A stretch of DNA of 59,627 bases from an uncultured Chitinophagaceae bacterium (lineage in GTDB: Bacteria > Planctomycetota > Planctomycetia > Pirellulales > UBA1268). Under the pieces are notes generated by a model. That model searched no databases. It worked only from the letters and a program-made list of their open reading frames with translations, and was not told the origin of the DNA. The stretch spans positions 1 to 59,627 of the forward strand of contig CAZPEM010000002.1 of NCBI GenBank assembly GCA_964585575.1, in the 5' to 3' direction. Within the stretch, counting starts at the first letter, position 1; each line of letters begins with the position of its first letter. This document shows, one piece after another, positions 52,068-59,627 of the stretch. Both the position numbers and the translations under genes were made by a program.

Positions 52068-53039
52068 TCACTCGATCGCGGCGGCGGTGATCCGGCAGGC
52101 GAGCGTCGAGGCGTCGATGAACCGCTGCATCGAGTGTTCCTTGCCGACGATCGGGGCGGCATCGACCTGTGAAAAGGCCACCTCGCCGGGCACCCACCGG
52201 CTCGGAATCCCCACGTAGCCGGCCGCCGGCGAGCCGGAGGAGTCGACGAACGGGAAGAACCGCAGCGCCTCGTCTCGCGGATTGGTGAAGACCGTGAGCC
52301 GGTCGGCCGCTCGGATTCCGGCGTGGTAGCAGCCACGGGGGGAGAGCGAATCGACGGGAACGGCCGGGGTGACGAGCACGAGGCCGAGATGGCCCGAGCG
52401 GGCCGCCTTCCAGCCGGCGTCGGCCGCCAGCAGGTCGTCGAGGGCGATGAGCGCGATCTTCGAGCCGAAGCTGTAGCCGACGATGCCGATGTCGGCCTCG
52501 CGGGGAAATTTCGAGAGCACCGCGGCGAAGTAGTGCCCGTCGGACTCGGCCCGGACGAAATTGTCGCGGGCTTCGCGGAGCGGCAGGCCGCGGCTTTCGC
52601 TCGGCCAGGAAAAAACGATCGTTCGGATGGGGGCCGCGGCGGGCCGGCACGCGTCGAGCCGGCGGGCGAGCGAGACTGCATGGCGTTTTGCGGCGGCGGA
52701 GTCGTACCGGTTGCCGTGGATGAAGAACACGACCGGCCGGTCGGTCGCCGTGAGATCCTCGACGGCGGCCCGGCTCCAGCAGCCGGGGGTGTTTCGCCGC
52801 TCGACGAGGAAGTCGGCGTCGGCGACCGGGTGGCAGATCCTCGGCAGACATCGGGTGCTCACCGACCAGACGTCGGGATCGACGCAGGCCGTCGGGAGGC
52901 AAGGCCGGCAACCGCCGCTTCCGTCCGGTGAGCTTTCATCCGGCGAATCGGCGCGGACGCCGGTCGCCGCCGCGGTGAGATTGACGAGAGCAAGGGTCAG
53001 GCCGACGGCGAAAGCGGTGCGGCGGGGGAGTTCGAACAT
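52068..53039 (-). CDS. secreted alpha/beta-hydrolase-fold protein (DUF900-like)
   Basis: Start at 53039 gives a signal peptide (alternative start 53150). FFIHGNRYD and GYSFGSKIA (G-x-S-x-G) motifs. Confidence 0.55.
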   Translation of the reverse strand: MFELPRRTAFAVGLTLALVNLTAAATGVRADSPDESSPDGSGGCRPCLPTACVDPDVWSVSTRCLPRICHPVADADFLVERRNTPGCWSRAAVEDLTATDRPVVFFIHGNRYDSAAAKRHAVSLARRLDACRPAAAPIRTIVFSWPSESRGLPLREARDNFVRAESDGHYFAAVLSKFPREADIGIVGYSFGSKIALIALDDLLAADAGWKAARSGHLGLVLVTPAVPVDSLSPRGCYHAGIRAADRLTVFTNPRDEALRFFPFVDSSGSPAAGYVGIPSRWVPGEVAFSQVDAAPIVGKEHSMQRFIDASTLACRITAAAIE

Positions 53040-53219
53040 CGTGTCGCGCGAAGGGCTCGGATCAAGCGATCGTGGTGGTCGGTCGGAGGTCGACGCGACC
53101 TTGAGGGTAGCGTCGGATGAATTGCATCGAGGATTGAAAAATTTTTTCATGCCGTCCCCGCGCGGAAGCATGGTGTAGGGTTGGACGATCTCGTCTCGTC
53201 GCTTTCTGGAGAGGATGCC

Positions 53220-53486
53220 ATGTCCCGCTTCGTCTGTTTCGCGATCCTGTCGGCCGGCCTCCTGGCCGCCAGCGGCTGCAGCAGCTGCTTCGGTGGAGGC
53301 ACAGGATGCCGTCGGCCGTCGTTCCTCGATTTCCGGTCCCCCTGCTCGGGTGCGCCCGCGATGGCGCCGATGCAGCCCTGCGGCCCGACGTGCGCCCCGG
53401 CCTGTGAGCCGGCCTGTGCGCCGGCGGCAGGTCCGTGCTGCGAAGGCGGCGCGCCGGTCGTGTCGGGCCCCGTGACCGTCAGCTGA
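53220..53486 (+). CDS. small Cys/Pro-rich lipoprotein (88 aa)
   Basis: ATG at 53220 with GGAGAGG RBS. Lipobox LAASGC. CxxxC-rich PCGPTCAPACEPACAPAAGPCCEGG. Confidence 0.45.
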   Translation: MSRFVCFAILSAGLLAASGCSSCFGGGTGCRRPSFLDFRSPCSGAPAMAPMQPCGPTCAPACEPACAPAAGPCCEGGAPVVSGPVTVS

Positions 53487-54450
53487 GGCCCGCGGCGAAC
53501 CAGTCGACCGTCTTCGCGATCCCATCGCCGAGGCCGACTGACGGCTTCCACCCGAGGATGGCCGCGGCGAGCGACGCGTGGACGAGGTTGCTGCGGAGGT
53601 CGCCCGACCGCGGCGGTCCGTGCCGGGGTGCCGGCGACGGCGGCTTTCCGCGGGTCGACCGGACCGCATCGACCTCGTGCCGGATCACGGCCTCGAGTTC
53701 GTTGACGTCGGTGCCGAGGCCTGTGCCGATGTTGAGCGACGTGAGCGATCCCGGGGAGAGTCGCGGCGACTCGCTCGTGAGGGCCGCGAGATTGGCCGCG
53801 GCCACGTCGGGGCCGTAGACGTAGTCGCGGACGTATCGGCCGTCGCCGTTGATCGTGGCGGGCTCGCCGGCGAGCAGCTTCTTCGAGAAGATCGCCACCA
53901 CCCCCGCCTCGCCGTGCGGGTTCTGCCTGGGCCCGTAGACGTTGGAATACCGGAGCGCCACGGCCGTCATGCCGTGCTCGGCCGCGTAGAAGGCGAGGTA
54001 CCGCTCGCCGACCCACTTCGTGATGCCGTAGGGGCTCACCGGGTTGGCCGGCGTGGTTTCCGGGGCGGGCACGGTGACGTCGCCGTAGAGCACGCCGCCG
54101 CTCGAGGCGAACACGAACCGCCGGCAGCGGTGACGCACGGCGGCGTCGAGCACGTTGATCAGGCCGATGCAGTTGACCTTCGCGTCGAAGAGCGGCTCGC
54201 GGACCGAGCGGCTCACCGACATCTGCGCGGCCTGGTGGCAGACGGCGTCGGGCTGCTCCGCGTCGAAGGCCGCGGCGACGGCCGCGGGGTCGACGATGTC
54301 GCCGACGTGGAGCGGCACGCTCGCCGGCAGATTTTCCCGGCAGCCGCTCGAGAGGTCGTCGAGCACCGCGACCGAGTGACCCTTCGCAAGCAGGGCGTCG
54401 ACGATGTGGCTGCCGATGAAGCCGGCGCCGCCGGTGACGAGGATCTTCAT
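53479..54450 (-). CDS. NAD-dependent epimerase/dehydratase (UDP-glucose 4-epimerase-like)
   Basis: MKILVTGGAGFIGSH Rossmann motif. SPYGITK (Y-x3-K). Confidence 0.8.
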   Translation of the reverse strand: MKILVTGGAGFIGSHIVDALLAKGHSVAVLDDLSSGCRENLPASVPLHVGDIVDPAAVAAAFDAEQPDAVCHQAAQMSVSRSVREPLFDAKVNCIGLINVLDAAVRHRCRRFVFASSGGVLYGDVTVPAPETTPANPVSPYGITKWVGERYLAFYAAEHGMTAVALRYSNVYGPRQNPHGEAGVVAIFSKKLLAGEPATINGDGRYVRDYVYGPDVAAANLAALTSESPRLSPGSLTSLNIGTGLGTDVNELEAVIRHEVDAVRSTRGKPPSPAPRHGPPRSGDLRSNLVHASLAAAILGWKPSVGLGDGIAKTVDWFAAGLS

Positions 54451-54536
54451 GGTTGGTGTCCGTTGGCTCCGTTGGGGGCCGCCTCGAGCGGGCGGACCTC
54501 GGAGTTGTACCCCCGCCTCCCGGCGTCCCCAAATCG

Positions 54537-55658
54537 TCAGCGGCCCGCCCCGGCTGAAAGCTGCTCGTAGAGCTCGGCGTAGCGGCGGACCGTCTCCCGC
54601 CACGAGAACGAGGAGGCGTGGGCCTTCGCCGCCGCCGCCATCGCCGGATCGGCCGCGAACCGGGCGAGCCCGCGGGCGAGCTGGGCTGCCATCGCCTCGG
54701 GGGCGAACGAGTCGAAGTAGTAGCCGTGGTCTCCCGTGATCTCCGGCAGGCTCGTCAGCCGCGAGACGAACACCGGACGCCCGGCGTGCATCGCCTCGAG
54801 CACCGGGAAGCCGAAGCCCTCGCTCAAGGAGGGAAACAGGAACGCCTCGCAGTGTTCGTAAAGCCACTGGCGGTCGGCATCGCTCACTTCGCCCGGCAGC
54901 AGGACCCTCCCCTCGAGCCCGTGCCGCGAGATGAGCCTGTGGAGGTGGTCGCCATAGTCGGTCTTCATGTTGCCCGCGATCACGAGCCGCCGGTCGGGCA
55001 GGTGCTCGATGAGATCGAAGAGCACGTGGAAGTTCTTGTGGGCCAGCGCATTGCCCACCGAGAGGAAAAACGGGAGCCCGTCGGAAAGGAACGGCGGCCT
55101 GTCGGACGACGCCGCGGACGCGGTCTCGAGCCCGAGCGGGATCACGTGGATCGGCCGGCCACCGATGTCGAGCTCGCGACGGAGGTCCTCGGCCACGAAC
55201 TCGCTGTCGACCGTGATCGCGGCGGAGCGATCGACCCGCCGCTGGATGTCGGTCCGCTTTCGCTCGATCTCCCGCATCCTGCCGTCCTGCGGCGCCTCAT
55301 GGAGGAAGGTGAGGTCGTGAACCGTGAGCAGCATCGGCACCCGCGGGTCGAGCGGCTCGTACCGCGACATCTGGTTGGTCATGTGCCAGAGGTCGAACGC
55401 CGGTCGGCCGGCGAGCGGCGCGACGAATGGCCGGATCCAGCGACGGACGAACTCCTTCCGCCAGGGCCGCACCCGGATCGTCCGGATGGTCTGCGAGTCG
55501 AAATGCCGCTCGCCATCCCGCGGCAATAGCAGGATCGGCTCGATCCGCCCGCTCGCCCCCTGGAGCATGCCTTCGGCGAGGTGAAGGCTGAAGCGGCCGA
55601 GCCCGCAGTTGATCCGGCGCAGCTTTTCGGCATCGATGACGACGCGGCAGGGCTTCAT
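54537..55658 (-). CDS. glycosyltransferase family 4 (GT-B)
   Basis: C-terminal FLFPSLSEGFGFPVLEAMHAGRPV E-x7-E region. Confidence 0.8.
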   Translation of the reverse strand: MKPCRVVIDAEKLRRINCGLGRFSLHLAEGMLQGASGRIEPILLLPRDGERHFDSQTIRTIRVRPWRKEFVRRWIRPFVAPLAGRPAFDLWHMTNQMSRYEPLDPRVPMLLTVHDLTFLHEAPQDGRMREIERKRTDIQRRVDRSAAITVDSEFVAEDLRRELDIGGRPIHVIPLGLETASAASSDRPPFLSDGLPFFLSVGNALAHKNFHVLFDLIEHLPDRRLVIAGNMKTDYGDHLHRLISRHGLEGRVLLPGEVSDADRQWLYEHCEAFLFPSLSEGFGFPVLEAMHAGRPVFVSRLTSLPEITGDHGYYFDSFAPEAMAAQLARGLARFAADPAMAAAAKAHASSFSWRETVRRYAELYEQLSAGAGR

Positions 55659-55707
55659 CCGAGGGCTTCCGAACGGCACGACCGGCGATCCACTCGGCGC
55701 GACGCGC

Positions 55708-56688
55708 TCACGCCGCCCGTCGCAGCGAGCCCGAGGCCGCGAGCCGTGCTTCGACCATCATACGGGCGACATCCGGCATGCAGTGCCTCGCCTGCCAACC
55801 GATCGCCTTGCGGGCCCGCGACGGGTCGGCGCGACCGCAGGCGATCTCCGTCGGCCGCACGAGGCTGGGGTCGTGGCGGACGTGGTCCTTCCAGTCGAGG
55901 CCGACCGCGGAGAACACCTCCTGCACGAACTCCTCGAGCGAGAAGGTCCGCCCGGTGGCGATGACGAGATCCTCCGCTTCTTCCCGCTGGAGCATCCGAT
56001 GCATCGCGACGACGTATTCCGGCGCCCAGCCCCAGTCGCGGCGGACCGTGAGGTCGCCGAGCGAGAGCGTCTGCTGCTCGCCGGCCGCGATCCGGCAGGC
56101 GGCGGCCACGATCTTCTGCGTCACGAACCGCTCCGGCCGCAGGGGGCTTTCGTGGTTGAAGAGGATGCCGGTGCAGGCCTGCAGCGAATAGGCCTCGCGG
56201 TACTGGGCGACCTGCCAGAAGCTCGTCGCCTTCGCGATGCCGTAGGGGCTCCGCGGCTTGATGGCCGTCTCCTCGGTGGCCGGGGCGGACCCGGTGTTGC
56301 CGAACATCTCCGAGCTGCCGGCGTTGTAGAGGCGGACCGGGGCCTTGAGGATGCGGATCGCCTCGAGCAGGTTCACGACGCCGACGACGATGCTCTCGAA
56401 CGTCTCGACGGGCTGCTCGAACGACACGAAGACGGACGTCTGGCCGGCGAGGTTGTAGATCTCGTTGGGGCACTCCCTCGCGACGACCTGCATCGTGGAC
56501 CGGAAGTCCACGAGCGACATCGACTGGATCGTGACCTGGTCCCGGATGCCGAGTGCGGTGAGCCCCTCGAACCTCCCCGAAGTGGCGTCGCGGCTCGTGC
56601 CCACCACGCGGTAGCCCTGCGAGAGGAGGTGGGCCGCGAGGTAGGCACCGTCCTGTCCGCCAATGCCGGTGATGAGGGCCGTCTTCAT
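55708..56688 (-). CDS. gmd: GDP-mannose 4,6-dehydratase
   Basis: MKTALITGIGGQDGAYLAAHLL, SPYGIAK, LFNHESPLRPERFVTQKI. Confidence 0.88.
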   Translation of the reverse strand: MKTALITGIGGQDGAYLAAHLLSQGYRVVGTSRDATSGRFEGLTALGIRDQVTIQSMSLVDFRSTMQVVARECPNEIYNLAGQTSVFVSFEQPVETFESIVVGVVNLLEAIRILKAPVRLYNAGSSEMFGNTGSAPATEETAIKPRSPYGIAKATSFWQVAQYREAYSLQACTGILFNHESPLRPERFVTQKIVAAACRIAAGEQQTLSLGDLTVRRDWGWAPEYVVAMHRMLQREEAEDLVIATGRTFSLEEFVQEVFSAVGLDWKDHVRHDPSLVRPTEIACGRADPSRARKAIGWQARHCMPDVARMMVEARLAASGSLRRAA

Positions 56689-56826
56689 GCCGGGACGGTA
56701 GCAGGCCTCCTTCGGCCGAGAAACCCCGGAAATCTTCGTCGCAACGGGCGGTTTGACAACGGCTGACCAGCCCCATAGCCTTCCTGCTCGGTCGCCGGAA
56801 ACAGCCCCAGAAGAAGGAGAGCCCCC

Positions 56827-58992
56827 ATGGCCAAGCGTTCTATCCTCTCGCTGTTTCGGCGCAGTCGGTCCTCAGGTCGTGCCATGCGTGTCGGCGGCCC
56901 TGAGTGCCTGGAGCCCCGCACGGTTCTCGCGGTGTTCACGGTCGTGCCCCCGGACGCTCCGACCGACTACTTCCATTTCCGCACGCTGCAAGACGCGCTC
57001 GGCGCCGCAAGTGTCGGCACGCCCGACCAACGCGACACGATCCAGATCGATCCCCTCGCCGACATATCGTCGATCTCCACGAGTACCGGGCTGCTGCAGA
57101 GCGTTGCGGCGGGCGCCACCCAGATTCAGACGCCCGTGTCCGTCGCCCCCGGCCAGATCGTGACGATCAAGCAATTCAACCTCGGTATCGAGGGAGTCTC
57201 GGAGGACGCCCTCGTCATCGACAGCTCGCCCGCCGCTGGAGGCAAGTTCCTGCTGACGCTTGCCGCGCCGCTGACGAATGCCTATTCCGTCGGTTTGATC
57301 AGCAACGTGACCGTCGAAACGACCGGAGACCTTGGCATCGGCAAGTCGGTCAAGGTGACATCGACGCCCGGGGCGGTGCTCGGCGGAACGAACGGATTCG
57401 CCAATTCGCTGCAGATCTGGGCCGACAACGTCAGTCTCGAAGGCCTCACGATCGACGGGCAGGTTGATCTCATCAAGGGTGCCGACGGGACCTCCATCGT
57501 GAACTGCATTCTGCTGGAGAACGTGTCCGACACCATCGGCACCGACAGCAGCGGAAGGCTGATTCGCAACAACGTCTTCTACGGCGATCTGATTCTCCGG
57601 GGCGACTCGACCTTCCCCACGCCCGACTCGATCAAGTTCAATCGTTTCGAAGACGGCCGGCTCCTGCTGGACGGCGCCGACTCCGCGGTCGTTTCATCGA
57701 ACACGTTCAACATGACCGGAGCCGGAGTGGCGGTGACGGTGAAGGCCGCACAGAACGTGCAGCTTCTGAAGAACACGATCCAGTTCGCTTCTCCGGCCGG
57801 AATCCAGGGCGGCCTGAGCGATCCGGTAACCGACGCCTCGATCGGCATCAAGGTGCAGGGCGTGGGCGTGACCCAGACCAACGTGACGATGTCCAACAAT
57901 TCGATCGACACGGCCGGCTTGGGAGCGGGCGTCGTGTTCGTCGTGACGAACGGAGGCGTCTTCCAGGCGGTCGTCCAAGGCAACGACTTCCACACGAACC
58001 TGATCGGCATGTTCGTGCAGGGAGACGGCACGGCCAACGTGACGGCGGCCGGAACGATCGACGCCGGCGGCGGCACGCTCGGCTCGCTGGGAGGGAACAA
58101 TTTCCGCGGCTTCACGACCGCCGACGCCTCGAGCGGAACCCGGTACTCCATCATCGTCGCGAACACCATCGGCGCTGCCGGCACGGTGAAGGCGAGAAAC
58201 AACATCTGGTCGCCGACGACGCCGACGCAGATCGTGAAGGATTCGGCCAACAACACGGCTGCGGTCAGCCCCAACATGGTCGCCGGCACGGGAATCGCCG
58301 ATGTCGGCACGGCCGAACAACAGCTCACGGGCAACCAGCAGTACGTTCAGTCGCTCTACAACCAGTTTCTGCTCCGTACCGGCACGTTGACGGAGATCAA
58401 CGGCTGGGCCAATCTTCTGCCATCGAGCCCCTCGCAGGCCGCCATGCAACCGGTGGCGACGTCGATCATCACGTCGTCGGAGTCCTACGGCACTTACGTC
58501 ACCGGGCTCTATAACACCCTCCTGCAACGGTCGCCGGACTCGGCCGGCCTCAACGGGTGGGTCTCACAGCTGCAGGCGGGCGGCACGAAGGAAAGCGTCG
58601 CCGCCTCGATCACTGGAAGCCCCGAATATCTCGGGAGACTGAAGGTGTCGCCGGAGGGGGGCACGCAGGCGGTCGGCGGCATCGGCGACTCGGCCTACGT
58701 GGTGAGCGTCTACCAGCAGTACCTCCGCCGGCTGCCGAGCAACTCCGAGGTGAGCGGGTGGCTCGCCGGCGGGCCGCTGACGCAGACGACCAGAACGTCG
58801 ATGGCGAACACCGTGCTCGCGTCGACGGAGTTCCGCAATTACCTGATCACGTCGCAGCTGTACAAGAGGACGCTGCACCGCGTGACGCCGCCGACGAGCG
58901 GCGAGATCGCCGCCTGGAACAACTCGGGGCTGCCGTACACGAGCCTGCAGACCGCATTCGCCTCGACGACGGAGTTTTACGCCAACGGTTGA
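56827..58992 (+). CDS. secreted right-handed beta-helix repeat protein with C-terminal DUF4214 repeats
   Basis: Repeated N-x-I/V beta-helix rungs. Three C-terminal Y-V-x-x-L-Y-x-x-x-L-x-R...GW repeats typical of DUF4214. Confidence 0.65.
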   Translation: MAKRSILSLFRRSRSSGRAMRVGGPECLEPRTVLAVFTVVPPDAPTDYFHFRTLQDALGAASVGTPDQRDTIQIDPLADISSISTSTGLLQSVAAGATQIQTPVSVAPGQIVTIKQFNLGIEGVSEDALVIDSSPAAGGKFLLTLAAPLTNAYSVGLISNVTVETTGDLGIGKSVKVTSTPGAVLGGTNGFANSLQIWADNVSLEGLTIDGQVDLIKGADGTSIVNCILLENVSDTIGTDSSGRLIRNNVFYGDLILRGDSTFPTPDSIKFNRFEDGRLLLDGADSAVVSSNTFNMTGAGVAVTVKAAQNVQLLKNTIQFASPAGIQGGLSDPVTDASIGIKVQGVGVTQTNVTMSNNSIDTAGLGAGVVFVVTNGGVFQAVVQGNDFHTNLIGMFVQGDGTANVTAAGTIDAGGGTLGSLGGNNFRGFTTADASSGTRYSIIVANTIGAAGTVKARNNIWSPTTPTQIVKDSANNTAAVSPNMVAGTGIADVGTAEQQLTGNQQYVQSLYNQFLLRTGTLTEINGWANLLPSSPSQAAMQPVATSIITSSESYGTYVTGLYNTLLQRSPDSAGLNGWVSQLQAGGTKESVAASITGSPEYLGRLKVSPEGGTQAVGGIGDSAYVVSVYQQYLRRLPSNSEVSGWLAGGPLTQTTRTSMANTVLASTEFRNYLITSQLYKRTLHRVTPPTSGEIAAWNNSGLPYTSLQTAFASTTEFYANG

Positions 58993-59092
58993 TTCACCTC
59001 GAGTGATGCGGTGTGGCTTCATCCAAGCCCGAGGCAACGCCGGGAGATTGAAAAGCGAATCCTCGGCACCTTGCGGCCGACCCTGCCCGGCA

Positions 59093-59626
59093 TCAAGCGC
59101 CCCGCGGGTGCCGGGAATCTCCGAGCAGCCCGAAGAGCCTGATCGCCTGCCGCACGATCCGGCGGCTCTCGATCGAAAGCCTTTCGCGGACGGTCTTCTT
59201 CCGCAGCGCCCGGCAGAGCCTTTTCTCAAGGACGGCGATTCGCCCGACCGCCTCGGCGAGTCGGGCTGAAACCTCGTCGGCCCGCGCGAGGCCCGCATCC
59301 CGTTCGGCGGCGAGTTCGGCCGAACGGCAGGCGAGCGTTCGGGCGAGCTCGTCCCGCTCGGCGACGGCGGCCGCGAGCGTTTGCGACGTCGCGGAGAGCT
59401 CGGCGGTTGAAGCAGCGAGTTCCGCGGCGCGGGTGCGTGCCAGCTCGTCGGACTTGGCCGCCCTTACCCACTGCATCGCCGCGGCATCGACGAGATTCTC
59501 GACGAACTTTCCGTCGCTCGCGGGATCAGCGACCGGCCGAGACAAGGGGGTCATCGAGTCGGTCTCGGCCCTGCCGGCCGCGAGCCGGCAGAGCGACCGG
59601 TAGAGGTCGATCGCCTCCGGCCGCAT
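59093..59626 (-). CDS. coiled-coil hypothetical protein (start at the window edge may be artefactual)
   Basis: 177-aa Ala/Glu/Arg-rich ORF. The N-terminus may lie beyond the window. Confidence 0.35.
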   Translation of the reverse strand: MRPEAIDLYRSLCRLAAGRAETDSMTPLSRPVADPASDGKFVENLVDAAAMQWVRAAKSDELARTRAAELAASTAELSATSQTLAAAVAERDELARTLACRSAELAAERDAGLARADEVSARLAEAVGRIAVLEKRLCRALRKKTVRERLSIESRRIVRQAIRLFGLLGDSRHPRGA

Positions 59627-59627
59627 G

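Noticed and set aside
50376-52681. Long minus-strand ORFs (50376-51815, 51068-52681) opposite ffh
   Set aside because: They are antisense to the unambiguous SRP54 gene and their translations are low-complexity.

Overview
High-GC (about 65-70%) bacterial chromosomal segment. Gene content suggests a Planctomycetota-like organism (two clpP copies behind tig, many lipobox/Tat proteins, a beta-helix/DUF4214 protein), but this is inference only.

Left part (about 1-25.1 kb): looks like an integrative element abutting the 3' end of tRNA-Leu(CAA). It carries:
- a tyrosine integrase;
- an excisionase-like HTH gene;
- a family A DNA polymerase preceded by two tandem paralogous unknown genes;
- iteron-like repeats;
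- a plasmid/phage-like DUF1257-DUF2997-AAA module that runs off the window start;
- as cargo, a complete six-gene type 1 BREX operon (brxA-brxB-brxC-pglX-pglZ-brxL) on the minus strand.

Best candidates for undescribed biology in the island:
- a lower-GC seventh gene 6 nt behind brxL;
- a three-gene soluble-plus-membrane block downstream of it;
- the polymerase-coupled paralog pair;
- a roughly 1 kb GC trough in the predicted specificity region of pglX.

Right part (25.2-59.6 kb): core chromosome.
- apbE and a TolC-like gene;
- a tightly packed nine-gene minus-strand operon of unknown function, holding a MacB-type ABC pair, two CPFC-motif paralogs, two DUF3299 genes, DUF4239, an orphan UrtA-like binding protein and AIM24;
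- an MNT/HepT toxin-antitoxin pair;
- gap, tRNA-Gly-tig-clpP-clpP, an FHA protein and panB;
- an unlisted 29-aa basic peptide gene;
- yraN-rplS-trmD-rpsP divergent from ffh;
- a sugar-nucleotide/glycosyltransferase cluster and a secreted beta-helix protein.

No CRISPR array, rRNA or transposase was seen. Many long ORFs in the track are antisense or alternate-frame high-GC artefacts. All family names come from recognising the translated sequences by eye; no searches were run.
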